DNA from: Bdellovibrionales bacterium | GTDB taxonomy: Bacteria > Bdellovibrionota > Bdellovibrionia > Bdellovibrionales > UBA1609 | Direction of reading: 5' to 3' | Assembly (NCBI GenBank): GCA_027459485.1 | Contig: DAIDIG010000005.1 | Location: 154,222 to 218,221, forward strand | DNA length: 64,000 bases | Shown here: piece by piece, positions 17,663 to 27,296 of the stretch | Numbering within the stretch: the first letter of the stretch is position 1 | Layout: every line of letters begins with the position of its first letter | The notes under the pieces: generated by a model | Databases searched by the model: none | What the model was told of the DNA's origin: nothing | What the model saw: the letters and a program-made list of their open reading frames with translations, nothing else | Made by a program: the position numbers and the translations under genes

Positions 17663-18667
17663 TTGCCGCCGGCATTGGCCCATGACTTGGGCCAAATGAC
17701 CTTGCGATGCTGGGGCCACTTTCGTTCACCGCAAATTAAAACTTGGCTGCCGACAAGATGGCACAATCTACAATTTTCAAACCCTCTAGGTACAGCGGGC
17801 GGGCTCGATAAAAACGGCACTCTTGTTCGAGGGGCTTGGGCAATCGGCGCCGGTTTTGTCGAGATCGGAACTGTAACTCCCGAACCGCAAGCTGCCAATC
17901 CGGGTAAAAAATTTGACCGTGAGGCCAGCACTCTCTCCGTATGGAACCGATTGGGGTTTCCGAACGACGGGGCCGATTTAGTTTTTGATCGATTGGCCAA
18001 ATTGCCTAGGCCATGCCCGACACCCATATTTTTGAACATCGGCAAAAATCGATGGACTGATCTTTTGCACGCGCATGAGGACTACGTTCGTTTGGCGCGC
18101 AAATTTCGCGATCAAGCTGATGCGTTAGTCATTAATGTCAGTAGCCCCAACACAGCCGGTTTACGCGAACTCTTGGGCCCGAATCGGCTTCGCGATTTTT
18201 TGCAGCCAATCCTCGAAAACAGCAATAAGACGCCGATGCTTTTAAAACTCAGTCCCGATTTGTCGAATGATGATTTGATCCAAGTCCTCGACACTTCCAG
18301 CGAAATTGGCATTTCGGGTTGGGTTCTCACCAACACCACGCTCGCCCGCCCCGGCAACCTATCTGCGAGGTACCCCGTCGATGGCGGGTTATCAGGGCGG
18401 CCATTGGCAGCCCGATCGCTTGAGATGCTCAAGATTACAACCGAGCATTTGAAAACGCGCGGAGAAAAAGCTGGCGACAAGTTGATCATTTCTGTCGGAG
18501 GGGCGATGACAGTCGATGACGTCTTTTTGCGCTTACGTCTGGGCGCACAACTAGTACAGATTTATTCGGCACTCGTGTTTAATGGGCCAGGTTTTTTTCA
18601 TGAAGTCGCTAGATACGCACAAAAAACAGAGATGGTTACCGGTCGTCGCCGCGATCATTCGCCGTGA
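17663..18667 (+). CDS. pyrD: dihydroorotate dehydrogenase (quinone), class 2
   Basis: Motifs NPLGTAGGLDKNG, VEIGTVTPEPQAANPGKK and NVSSPNTAGLR are present. The track start is TTG 17663, but homology to the class-2 N-terminal helix continues upstream (see finding). Confidence 0.9.
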   Translation: MPPALAHDLGQMTLRCWGHFRSPQIKTWLPTRWHNLQFSNPLGTAGGLDKNGTLVRGAWAIGAGFVEIGTVTPEPQAANPGKKFDREASTLSVWNRLGFPNDGADLVFDRLAKLPRPCPTPIFLNIGKNRWTDLLHAHEDYVRLARKFRDQADALVINVSSPNTAGLRELLGPNRLRDFLQPILENSNKTPMLLKLSPDLSNDDLIQVLDTSSEIGISGWVLTNTTLARPGNLSARYPVDGGLSGRPLAARSLEMLKITTEHLKTRGEKAGDKLIISVGGAMTVDDVFLRLRLGAQLVQIYSALVFNGPGFFHEVARYAQKTEMVTGRRRDHSP

Positions 18668-19019
18668 TGACAAGATCCTACTTGGTCGACGTCCGGAAGG
18701 CGGCAGCCTCGCAGGGCTTTGGGAGTTCCCCGGCGGCAAAATTGAAATGGGCGAACAGCCAAGCAAGGCTCTCGAGCGCGAACTTCACGAAGAGCTGGGT
18801 ATCGAAGCCGAAATCGGCGCTCTTCACTTTGCCACGACTCACCATTATGGCGAGGTTGGCGTTCTTCTTCTATTTTACGAAGTCAAGTATTGGAAGGGTC
18901 AGCCCAGCTCACTTCATCATTCTGAAATCCGGTGGTTCGCGGTCGATGAAATAAAGGCCTTGCAGCTCCCTGACGCCAATCGAAATGTGCTCGACAGAAT
19001 CACATCCCTTTTGAAATAA
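18600..19019 (+). CDS. mutT: NUDIX hydrolase, MutT-like
   Basis: It has the Nudix box GLWEFPGGKIEMGEQPSKALERELHEELGI. The ATG at 18600 lies inside the 3' end of pyrD (68-bp overlap). Confidence 0.8.
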   Translation: MKSLDTHKKQRWLPVVAAIIRRDDKILLGRRPEGGSLAGLWEFPGGKIEMGEQPSKALERELHEELGIEAEIGALHFATTHHYGEVGVLLLFYEVKYWKGQPSSLHHSEIRWFAVDEIKALQLPDANRNVLDRITSLLK

Positions 19020-19038
19020 TAGAGTCAGGAGTTCGAAC

Positions 19039-20337
19039 GTGTTTCGACCGTATGTTCCGGAAAAGCTGAACATCTGCCTTATCACGAGAAAGTTCCCGTA
19101 CCCAGGCCGAGGTTCGGAAGAGAATTACCTTTGGCCCGTGGCGCGGGGCCTCGCGCAAAAAGGTCACGAAGTCACCGTCTTATCTTGGCAAAACCCGCGC
19201 GGCCGGCCCGAAATTGTAGCGGATCGCGTGCGCGCTTATTTTCTCGGCGAGCGAAAAGGCGTTGCGCTCAGACAATTTGCCCATCTGGCTCATCGAAAAT
19301 TTTTAGAACTGCATGCTGCTAAACCGTTTCACATCGTGCACAGCCTTGACGACTCGGGGATACTCATCGCGCGCGAACGAAGGCGGCTCAAAATCATCAT
19401 GGCTTACGATGTGTCGGCCACTCAAATGGCCCAGCTATTTTCGATTTTAGGCATGGCTAAAGAAACTATGAGCGGGCTACTTACAACGGCCTTCGCTTTA
19501 TTTTATAAATTCATGACGACCTACTACGGCGGTGACCGATCGATTTTAAAAACCGCCGACGGAGTTTTTGTCTCAACTCCGCAGCAGAAAATAGTTCTCG
19601 AACGCTATTATATGTACCCCGATCTAAAAACATTTGTTGTACCGTACGGGCTTGATTATTTTGAAACAGTATTGCGCCAAAAATCAGAGGCACTTCGGCA
19701 AAAATTCGAATTGCCGGCCAACGCCAATGTAATTGTCACCCAAACGGACATGACCGAATTAACTGAAGTCGTCAATCTTCTTCGGGCGTTTCAATCGGTG
19801 GTCATCAAGAAACCCAACACGCGGCTGATCATTATTGGCAACGGGCCATTGCGCGACCGCATCGAGTTCGAGACTCTCAACCTCGTCTTGGGCAACAAAA
19901 CCGTATTTGCCGGCGCGGTCCCGGTCGATGAAATCACCGATATTGTGGCGTTGTCGGATATATACGTAAATCTTGGCTCACGAACGTCTGGGTTTGAACC
20001 GACGATGCTTGAGGCTATGGCCCAAAAGAAAATTGTCATTGGGTCGGAGCTCAGCCCCATCTCCACGATCATTGAAGACAGAAAAAACGGCTTTCTCGTG
20101 CGCCCGGCGGATGTCAGTGGACTAGCCGATTTGATCACCAGCCTGCTTAATGGCGATTTATCCCTGGTCGAAATCGGCCAGCAAGCCCATCAAAAGGTGA
20201 CGGACCTTTTTAATCCCGACAAAATGGTCGAGCTACTTTTGAGCGCGTACCTACAACTAGCCCTGAGTCGGCCTTTTTGGCGCACTTTGGCGAAATCGCC
20301 TGCTGGCAAAAGAATCAACTTGGAGGGGGCCTCTTGA
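19039..20337 (+). CDS. glycosyltransferase, GT4/GT-B family
   Basis: The C-terminal GT-B donor-binding half reads SRTSGFEPTMLEAMAQKKIVIGSE...GFLV (E-x7-E-like). GTG start. Confidence 0.75.
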   Translation: MFRPYVPEKLNICLITRKFPYPGRGSEENYLWPVARGLAQKGHEVTVLSWQNPRGRPEIVADRVRAYFLGERKGVALRQFAHLAHRKFLELHAAKPFHIVHSLDDSGILIARERRRLKIIMAYDVSATQMAQLFSILGMAKETMSGLLTTAFALFYKFMTTYYGGDRSILKTADGVFVSTPQQKIVLERYYMYPDLKTFVVPYGLDYFETVLRQKSEALRQKFELPANANVIVTQTDMTELTEVVNLLRAFQSVVIKKPNTRLIIIGNGPLRDRIEFETLNLVLGNKTVFAGAVPVDEITDIVALSDIYVNLGSRTSGFEPTMLEAMAQKKIVIGSELSPISTIIEDRKNGFLVRPADVSGLADLITSLLNGDLSLVEIGQQAHQKVTDLFNPDKMVELLLSAYLQLALSRPFWRTLAKSPAGKRINLEGAS

Positions 20338-20376
20338 TTGCCCTACAATTTGAGTGAATTCAAAAGGATAGGGACC

Positions 20377-20691
20377 ATGACCAAGGCCGATCTCATCAAT
20401 ATCATCTCAGAAAAAGCGCAGATCACCAGAGTCAAAGCCGAAACCGTGGTTAATACGATTTTTGACTCGATGATTGAAGCTCTCGTTCGTGACGATCGCA
20501 TTGAAATTCGCGGGTTTGGCTCGTTCGTCAATCGAGATTATGAAGCGTACCAGGGGCGCAACCCCAGAACGGGCGAAATCATCGAAGTCGATCAAAAAAA
20601 ATTGCCATTTTTTAAAGTCGGCAAAGAACTCCGTGAAGATATCAATAACGGTTCGCCCACAGATCGACCGGCTAGCGGAACTGATGGTTGA
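20377..20691 (+). CDS. ihfB: integration host factor beta subunit / HU-family DNA-binding protein
   Basis: MTKADLI...RIEIRGFGSF...GRNPRTGEIIEV...PFFKVGKELRE closely follows the IHF-beta pattern. I moved the start to the ATG at 20377. Confidence 0.8.
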   Translation: MTKADLINIISEKAQITRVKAETVVNTIFDSMIEALVRDDRIEIRGFGSFVNRDYEAYQGRNPRTGEIIEVDQKKLPFFKVGKELREDINNGSPTDRPASGTDG

Positions 20692-21949
20692 ACGCGAACG
20701 CCCGAACGTCTTTCAGATTTTTCTTACCCGTCGCGAGCATAAATAAACGATCCACGCCAAGTGCAATCCCGCCCGAAGGCGGAAGACCGAATTCAAGCGA
20801 AGCCATGAAGTTTTCATCGATGGCTAACGGAGTTCGACCGTATTCGATTCGCTTTTTCTGATCGTGAACGAATCGCTCGCGCTGCAAAACAGGGTCGTTA
20901 AGCTCGTGAAAAGCATTGGCGATTTCGATTCCGTGCCAGTAAAACTCAAGACGATCGGCCCATCCCGCTTGATTCAAACGCGCAAGCGCCGCCTGGGTAG
21001 GTGGGTAATCGCGCACGAAAAGCGGTTCGCTCGGCAGATTTGGTTCTACTTTGGCCACCCAGATGAGGTGAAAAAGGTCGTTCCAGTCCATCGCGACATT
21101 GGGATGCAACCCTAACCGCATTGCCAGTTGGCGAAGTTCGTCGGCTTGAGTATCCGGCTGAAGCTGAAAACCCGTCGCTTCGAATAGCTCGCGAACCGTG
21201 GTGCGACGAATCGAACGAATATCGATTTTCGCAACATTCGATAAGAGATCGGCAAGATCATCACAGATCATTTCGAGATCGGCGTAGCCGCGATACCACT
21301 CCAGCATGTGAAATTCGGGTTCGTGTATGGCTGTCAGTTCGTCTTTGCGAAATACCGCCTTGATTTCAAAAATGTCGGTATAACCGAGCGCTAATAATTG
21401 TTTGAGGTGCAGCTCAGGGCTTGTCGGCAGAAACAAACGGGCCGTGCGCCCGACGCGACCCTCGATTTCGACTGCGAACGGCTCAAGTTCGGGCTCCATA
21501 CCCGGGTTGACTACCAGTGATGGCGTCGCGACCTCTTGCAGCCCTCGCCTTTTTAAGTGAACTTTGATGCTTTCGACAAAAGGTCCCCAGGCTAAAACTT
21601 CTGCCGGCTCAGCGAGCGCCCAGTTCAATTCACGTAACGGTGCCGTCAAGCGAACGGCTTCAATAACTTGCAAGACGCGCCCACAACCAGTTTGGTTTTC
21701 AAAATCACTCGCCGAAAAAGTAATGACCCAGGTTTCAAAGCTTCGCGCGCCGGTTTTCTGACAAAAGTCCGGCGGCAACTCTAATCGGCCGCCGGCATCG
21801 ATCAACTGCGGGTTTGCACCGTTATTACAATGCACGCGGCCGCCGACCGAAATCTGTCCTTTAGCCGGAGCAATTGCTTGCGTGCAAAGGCGACGGAGCG
21901 AATACACTCCATTCGGGCAAGGTGGATAATTCGAATACCTATTCGACAT
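20672..21949 (-). CDS. epmA: EF-P lysine ligase EpmA (GenX/PoxA, LysRS class II paralogue) with an N-terminal extension of about 110 aa
   Basis: Class II motifs are present: LQEVATPSLV, EPEFHMLEWY and GIALGVDRLFMLATG. It is 425 aa, whereas I remember about 325 aa as typical. Confidence 0.8.
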   Translation of the reverse strand: MSNRYSNYPPCPNGVYSLRRLCTQAIAPAKGQISVGGRVHCNNGANPQLIDAGGRLELPPDFCQKTGARSFETWVITFSASDFENQTGCGRVLQVIEAVRLTAPLRELNWALAEPAEVLAWGPFVESIKVHLKRRGLQEVATPSLVVNPGMEPELEPFAVEIEGRVGRTARLFLPTSPELHLKQLLALGYTDIFEIKAVFRKDELTAIHEPEFHMLEWYRGYADLEMICDDLADLLSNVAKIDIRSIRRTTVRELFEATGFQLQPDTQADELRQLAMRLGLHPNVAMDWNDLFHLIWVAKVEPNLPSEPLFVRDYPPTQAALARLNQAGWADRLEFYWHGIEIANAFHELNDPVLQRERFVHDQKKRIEYGRTPLAIDENFMASLEFGLPPSGGIALGVDRLFMLATGKKNLKDVRAFAFNHQFR

Positions 21950-22060
21950 GATGCGTATTTAATTTTCTTTTGCTAAATGTCAAACCGCTATTTGACTTTG
22001 CGCTCGTAATTCCCGAAATTCGTTGCATTCGCCAAGCGCACAGTCGCGGAGGGTAAAAAA

Positions 22061-22537
22061 ATGAATCAGGACGTACCGGTGACAGAATCGCAAGACACTC
22101 CCAAAGCCGCATCTATTGACTCTGAAGAGAATCGTTGGGTGGCGCGCTTCGAAGAACTTTTAAAAGTTAAAAATTTTGCCGAGTTGAAATCGGAACTGCA
22201 GAAAATCGCGACGGATGTCCAAACTGAGATTCAAAATTTTGACTTAAATTCGCATCTGAGCCCGAGTGCCAAGACACGTTTGAAAAAACTAGAGCAGCGG
22301 TACAGCGACGTCATGAAGCTTGTCGCCCGTGCACAAAAACAGTTTGATCGCGAATTTAATAAAAGCTTGCGCGTTCTTAAAAAAACTCGAAGCGATGCCG
22401 AAAAACACTTGCGCGATATTCGTGTCAAAATCGTAAAGCATCGCGGCTCGTTGGCCCAAGCTTCGAAAAAGATCACGGCGAAATGGGCGGGTAAAAAATC
22501 TCACGGTAAGAAGACACGGGCCTCAAAAAAGGCCTAG
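22061..22537 (+). CDS. hypothetical Lys-rich helical protein
   Basis: A good RBS (ggaggg) precedes the start. The protein is predicted helical/coiled with a basic tail AKWAGKKSHGKKTRASKKA. It lies 12 bp upstream of gcvP. Confidence 0.5.
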   Translation: MNQDVPVTESQDTPKAASIDSEENRWVARFEELLKVKNFAELKSELQKIATDVQTEIQNFDLNSHLSPSAKTRLKKLEQRYSDVMKLVARAQKQFDREFNKSLRVLKKTRSDAEKHLRDIRVKIVKHRGSLAQASKKITAKWAGKKSHGKKTRASKKA

Positions 22538-22549
22538 ACAGGCGCTTCA

Positions 22550-25372
22550 ATGCGGTTTGCTGATCGTCACATCGGTCCATCTAAAGGCGACATCGAATCG
22601 ATGTTGCAATCACTTCATCTTCGTTCGCTCGACGAGCTGATCGACAAGGCCGTACCGAAAGGCGCTCGAACGTCTTTTGAACTTGATCTCGGGCCGGCCT
22701 TGAATGAGCACGAGTTTTTGACTCGCGCTCGTCAAGTCGCGAGCCGCAATCGAACGGTCAAGAACTACATCGGCCAAGGTTACTACGGCACCGTCACCCC
22801 GACCGTGATTTTGCGAAATATTTTAGAAAACCCGGGTTGGTACACGGCCTATACGCCCTATCAAGCTGAAATTTCTCAAGGGCGTATGGAAGCCCTTCTC
22901 AATTTTCAAACAATGGTGTCAGACCTCACGGGTTTGCCTATAGCGAATGCCTCAATGCTCGATGAAGCGACGGCCGCCGCAGAAGCGATGGCACTCAGTT
23001 TTCATTCGCAAAAGAAAAGTACCAGAAACCGATTTTTCATAGACAAAGATGTTTTTTCGCAAACTCGGGCGGTGATTGAAACACGTGCGAAGCCGCTCGA
23101 CATAGAAGTCATCGTCGACGATGCGAAAAAACTCGAGCAGCTCGACCCCGATTCGTTTTTTGCGGTGTTATTGCAAGCGCCCACGGCAACCGGTCTTGTG
23201 ACAGATTGGTCCAGCATCATTGAAGTTGCACACCACGCTCAGGCTCACGCCATTGTTGCGGCTGACATTTTGGCGTTGGCGCTCATGAAAACGCCGGGTG
23301 AAATGGGAGCTGATTTAGCCATTGGCTCCACCCAGCGCTTCGGAGTGCCAATGGGTTTTGGCGGTCCGCATGCGGCTTATCTTGCCGCGCGCGAAGAGTT
23401 TTTGCGTCTATTGCCCGGGCGGATTATCGGCGTATCTAAAGATGCTCACGGGTCACCGGCTTTACGTCTCACTCTGCAAACTCGCGAGCAACACATCCGT
23501 CGTGAAAAGGCGACCAGCAATATTTGTACCGCCCAAGTTCTACTGGCGGTAATGTCTTCGATGTTCGCGGTCTATCACGGCGAAGACGGCTTGCGTGAAA
23601 TCGCCGGGCAAATTCATTCGCACGCACGAAGACTCGCCGGTCAACTCGTGCGGCTTGGTTTCAAACTTCGGCACCATACCTTTTTCGATACTTTGTGCGT
23701 TCAATTGAATTCGCGACACGAACTCGAGCGAATGCTCAAAGAATTCGAAGCGCACGGAATCAATCTCGGCGACGGACGGTCAGTCGGTCGCGAGCATGAG
23801 ACTGATCTACTGATATCTCTCGATGAGACTGTCAGCGCCGAAGCCGTCAGCGAATTGACAGACATCTTTTCTCAATTTTCAAACGAGCCGAAGACAACGA
23901 ATGAATTTAAATGGCCGACTTCTCTCCAGCGTACAACGAAATTTCTGACTCATCCGACGTTCAACAGCTATCGCTCCGAAACCGAAATGCTTCGCTATAT
24001 TCACCGACTTGAGAAGAAAGATTTGGCGCTGAACCAGTCGATGATCCCGCTCGGATCATGCACGATGAAACTCAATGCAACGACCGAAATGTTGCCGGTG
24101 ACGTGGCCCGAGATCGGCAACATTCATCCTTTTGCGCCGGAGTCTCAAACCGCAGGTTACCTTGAAATCATTCACCAGCTTGAGAACTGGCTCGCTCAAA
24201 TGACCGGGTTTGCCGCCGTTTCGCTGCAACCGAACGCCGGTTCGCAAGGCGAATACGCAGGCCTTCTCGCAATTCGAGCCTACCATGAGTCGCGCCGGCA
24301 AAATCGCGATCTGTGTTTGATCCCAACCTCCGCACATGGCACGAACCCTGCCAGCGCGGTCATGGCCGGCTTTAAAGTGATGGCCGTGGCGTGTGATTCG
24401 AACGGTAATATCGATGTCGCCGATCTCCGCGCAAAAGCCGAACAAAATGCCGATCGACTGGCGGCTTTGATGATCACCTACCCTTCCACACATGGTGTCT
24501 TCGAAGATGCCATTCGCGACATTTGCGACATCATACATCGCCACGGCGGCCAAGTTTACTTAGACGGCGCGAACTTCAACGCTCTTGTGGGAGTGGCTCG
24601 CCCTGGTGAATTCGGCGCGGACGTGGCCCATCTCAATTTACACAAAACATTTTGTATCCCTCACGGTGGTGGCGGCCCAGGTGTCGGCCCCATCGGTGTC
24701 GCCAATCATTTGAAGCCTTTTCTGCCGGGTTTTCCCGAGCGTTCTGTAGCAGCCGCTCGCTACGGCTCGGCCAGTATTTTGCCGATATCGTGGGCCTACA
24801 TCGCGATGATGGGTGCCGACGGTTTGAAGAAGGCGACCCAAGTCGCGGTACTGAACGCGAATTACATCGCGACCCGACTGGCTCCGCATTACCCGATTCT
24901 TTATCGCGGCAGTTCGAATTTGGTCGCGCATGAATGCATCATCGACTGTCGTGCATTCAAAGCTTCGGCTGATATCACGGTCGACGATATTGCCAAGCGA
25001 CTGATGGATTACAGCTTTCATGCTCCGACAATGTCATGGCCGGTCGCCGGCACGCTCATGATCGAGCCGACCGAGAGCGAATCGAAGGCCGAACTCGACC
25101 GGTTTTGCGATGCCATGATCGCGATTCGACAAGAAATCGAAGAGGTCGCGAGCGGTCGCATGGATCGCCTCGATAATCCGCTCAAAAACGCGCCTCATAC
25201 TTTAAACGAAACGACAAACGACAAATGGGCTCACCCCTACTCGCGTGAAACAGCGGCATTCCCGCTCGTGTGGGTGCGTGAACGCAAATTCTGGCCTTCA
25301 GTTGCACGCGTCGACAACGTGTTCGGCGACCGCAACGTGGTCTGCTCGTGCCCGCCTGTCGATTCGTACTGA
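22550..25372 (+). CDS. gcvP: glycine dehydrogenase (decarboxylating), single-chain P-protein
   Basis: The 940-aa product starts FADRHIGP and has the PLP-lysine context [16 protein letters not shown]. Confidence 0.95.
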   Translation: MRFADRHIGPSKGDIESMLQSLHLRSLDELIDKAVPKGARTSFELDLGPALNEHEFLTRARQVASRNRTVKNYIGQGYYGTVTPTVILRNILENPGWYTAYTPYQAEISQGRMEALLNFQTMVSDLTGLPIANASMLDEATAAAEAMALSFHSQKKSTRNRFFIDKDVFSQTRAVIETRAKPLDIEVIVDDAKKLEQLDPDSFFAVLLQAPTATGLVTDWSSIIEVAHHAQAHAIVAADILALALMKTPGEMGADLAIGSTQRFGVPMGFGGPHAAYLAAREEFLRLLPGRIIGVSKDAHGSPALRLTLQTREQHIRREKATSNICTAQVLLAVMSSMFAVYHGEDGLREIAGQIHSHARRLAGQLVRLGFKLRHHTFFDTLCVQLNSRHELERMLKEFEAHGINLGDGRSVGREHETDLLISLDETVSAEAVSELTDIFSQFSNEPKTTNEFKWPTSLQRTTKFLTHPTFNSYRSETEMLRYIHRLEKKDLALNQSMIPLGSCTMKLNATTEMLPVTWPEIGNIHPFAPESQTAGYLEIIHQLENWLAQMTGFAAVSLQPNAGSQGEYAGLLAIRAYHESRRQNRDLCLIPTSAHGTNPASAVMAGFKVMAVACDSNGNIDVADLRAKAEQNADRLAALMITYPSTHGVFEDAIRDICDIIHRHGGQVYLDGANFNALVGVARPGEFGADVAHLNLHKTFCIPHGGGGPGVGPIGVANHLKPFLPGFPERSVAAARYGSASILPISWAYIAMMGADGLKKATQVAVLNANYIATRLAPHYPILYRGSSNLVAHECIIDCRAFKASADITVDDIAKRLMDYSFHAPTMSWPVAGTLMIEPTESESKAELDRFCDAMIAIRQEIEEVASGRMDRLDNPLKNAPHTLNETTNDKWAHPYSRETAAFPLVWVRERKFWPSVARVDNVFGDRNVVCSCPPVDSY

Positions 25373-25384
25373 TCTTACTTTTTG

Positions 25385-26248
25385 CTAGCTCAGCAGCACC
25401 TCGAGCCACTGCATTTTATCTTTAGGGATGGCATCTCGCGGAGTCATAAGCCCCGCACGCAGACCCTGCTCGCGGCAATTGCAATCCTCGTAAAGCGCGG
25501 CTCCTTTTGACAAAATATCCTCGACCATGCGAAAGGCCTTGGCATTGTTTCGCCGCATGACTTGAATGACCGCTTCAAGTGTCACGTGTTGGATGGAGTC
25601 ATCCCAACAATCGTAGTCGGTGACGAAACAACATGGGATGTACGTGAGACCGGCTTCTCGCGCGAGCGCGAATTCAGGGTAGTGAGTCATACCGATAATA
25701 TCAGCGCCCATTTGGCGATAGTGATGCGATTCCGATTTCGTCGAAAAGTACGGGCCCTCGATGCACACGTATGTTTGACCGAAGTGACAATCGAAATCAT
25801 ACGCATTTGAAAGCCCGCGAATAGCTTCTACCGCTTGGTCGCACACCGGTTGCGCGAGCGAAACGTGACCAACCACTCCCCCGCCTAAAAAGGTATGAGC
25901 GCGATGGCCCTTTGTACGATCGATGTATTGTGTGGGCAATACCATGTCACCGGGTTTGAACTCTTTGCGAAGGCTACCTACGGCTGAAAACGACAGAATC
26001 GCGCGCGCGCCGAGCTTTTTAAGAGCAAAAATATTCGCGCGAAAATTCACTTCTGACGGCAACAGCTCGTGATGCTGCCCGTGCCGCGATAAAAATAGAC
26101 ATTCGGTTGCTTCGCCGTTTTTGCCCGCAATTCGAACCCGTTTAAGACCCGACGAGTGCTCACCGAACGGTGTCGCCACCCGCAGATCTTCGATGACCTG
26201 AAACGCCTCGAATTTTTCAAAACCGGAACCGCCAACAATTGCGTACAT
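25385..26248 (-). CDS. mtnP: S-methyl-5'-thioadenosine phosphorylase
   Basis: MYAIVGGSGF..., SRHGQHH, IIGMTHYPEFALAREAGL and VTDYDCW are present. I moved the start to the ATG at 26248 (RBS aaggag). Confidence 0.85.
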   Translation of the reverse strand: MYAIVGGSGFEKFEAFQVIEDLRVATPFGEHSSGLKRVRIAGKNGEATECLFLSRHGQHHELLPSEVNFRANIFALKKLGARAILSFSAVGSLRKEFKPGDMVLPTQYIDRTKGHRAHTFLGGGVVGHVSLAQPVCDQAVEAIRGLSNAYDFDCHFGQTYVCIEGPYFSTKSESHHYRQMGADIIGMTHYPEFALAREAGLTYIPCCFVTDYDCWDDSIQHVTLEAVIQVMRRNNAKAFRMVEDILSKGAALYEDCNCREQGLRAGLMTPRDAIPKDKMQWLEVLLS

Positions 26249-26249
26249 G

Positions 26250-27296
26250 TTATTCTCCTTCAATCGCGCGAATAAGTTCACTCGGCGATGTAAAAACTCC
26301 GTTATCTAAAACCCATGCCGTCACCAGTTCTGCGGGAGTCACGTCAAACGCCGGATTAAACACGGGTGCCGTCGACGGCGCCCAACGAACGTCACCGAAC
26401 GCGCCCTTTACGCCGTGAACTTCGGCAGTCGGCCGTTGCTCAATCGGAATTTCTCGCCCCGATGCGCACTTCAAATCGACGGTTGTATTTGGCCCCGCCA
26501 CTAAAAAAGGGACGTTATGATGGCGCGCCAAAATCGCCAAAGAATATGTACCGACTTTGTTCGCAAAATCGCCGTTTCGCGCAATGCGATCGCAACCCAC
26601 CATCACGCAATCGACCTGCCCATCGCGCATCAGTAAAGCCGCCATGTTGTCGCAAATGAGCGTGTGCGGAATAGAAAGCTCGTTCATCTCCCACGCCGTG
26701 AGACGCCCGCCTTGCAACAGCGGTCGAGTCTCGTCAACATACACGTGAATTCGCCCCGTACGTTTGTGAAGCTCGCGAATAATCCCGATCGCGGTACCAA
26801 CGCCGGCGGTTGCGAGCCCGCCCGTATTACAGTGGGTCAGTATATTCAACGACGGCTCACCCGCCGGGTCACGCGCGAGAGTCTTCAGCACCCAGTCGGC
26901 GCCGTTGGCTGAAATTCGTTCGCACAGCATTTGATCTTCGGCGAAGAGCGCGCGTGTCTCATTCATCAATTGCTCGGCCGTCATTTCGCCGGGAGCAAAA
27001 TTCATCAGCCGGTCGAGCGCATTCATCAAATTCACAGCTGTCGGGCGAGCTTCGCGCAATCGGCCGGCGAGCGCCCGCACTTGATCTTCATTTGCGTCTT
27101 TAGCCGCATGCGCAAGCGTCACAGCCGCAGCCAAACCGATGAGCGGCGCCCCTCGCACGCGCAACGATCGAATGGCCTCGACCATGAGGTCGGGCTCCGT
27201 CACATCGAGCCACACCTTTTCTTGCGGCAGGCGCGTTTGATCCAACACGCAAATTTTTTCGCCGTCATAGCGAAACGACATCGACTCGAGTTTCAT
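26250..27296 (-). CDS. mtnA: S-methyl-5-thioribose-1-phosphate isomerase
   Basis: The eIF-2B-like fold is indicated by VLDQTRLP, RGAPLIGLAAA, THCNTGGLAT and VGCDRIARNGDFANKVGTY. I moved the start to the ATG at 27296. Confidence 0.85.
   Translation of the reverse strand: MKLESMSFRYDGEKICVLDQTRLPQEKVWLDVTEPDLMVEAIRSLRVRGAPLIGLAAAVTLAHAAKDANEDQVRALAGRLREARPTAVNLMNALDRLMNFAPGEMTAEQLMNETRALFAEDQMLCERISANGADWVLKTLARDPAGEPSLNILTHCNTGGLATAGVGTAIGIIRELHKRTGRIHVYVDETRPLLQGGRLTAWEMNELSIPHTLICDNMAALLMRDGQVDCVMVGCDRIARNGDFANKVGTYSLAILARHHNVPFLVAGPNTTVDLKCASGREIPIEQRPTAEVHGVKGAFGDVRWAPSTAPVFNPAFDVTPAELVTAWVLDNGVFTSPSELIRAIEGE

Noticed and set aside
21950-22060. I looked for a glycine riboswitch ahead of the gcvP transcription unit.
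   Set aside because: I saw no GGAGAG...CACCGAAGGGGCAA-type core. The region is AT-rich promoter-like sequence.
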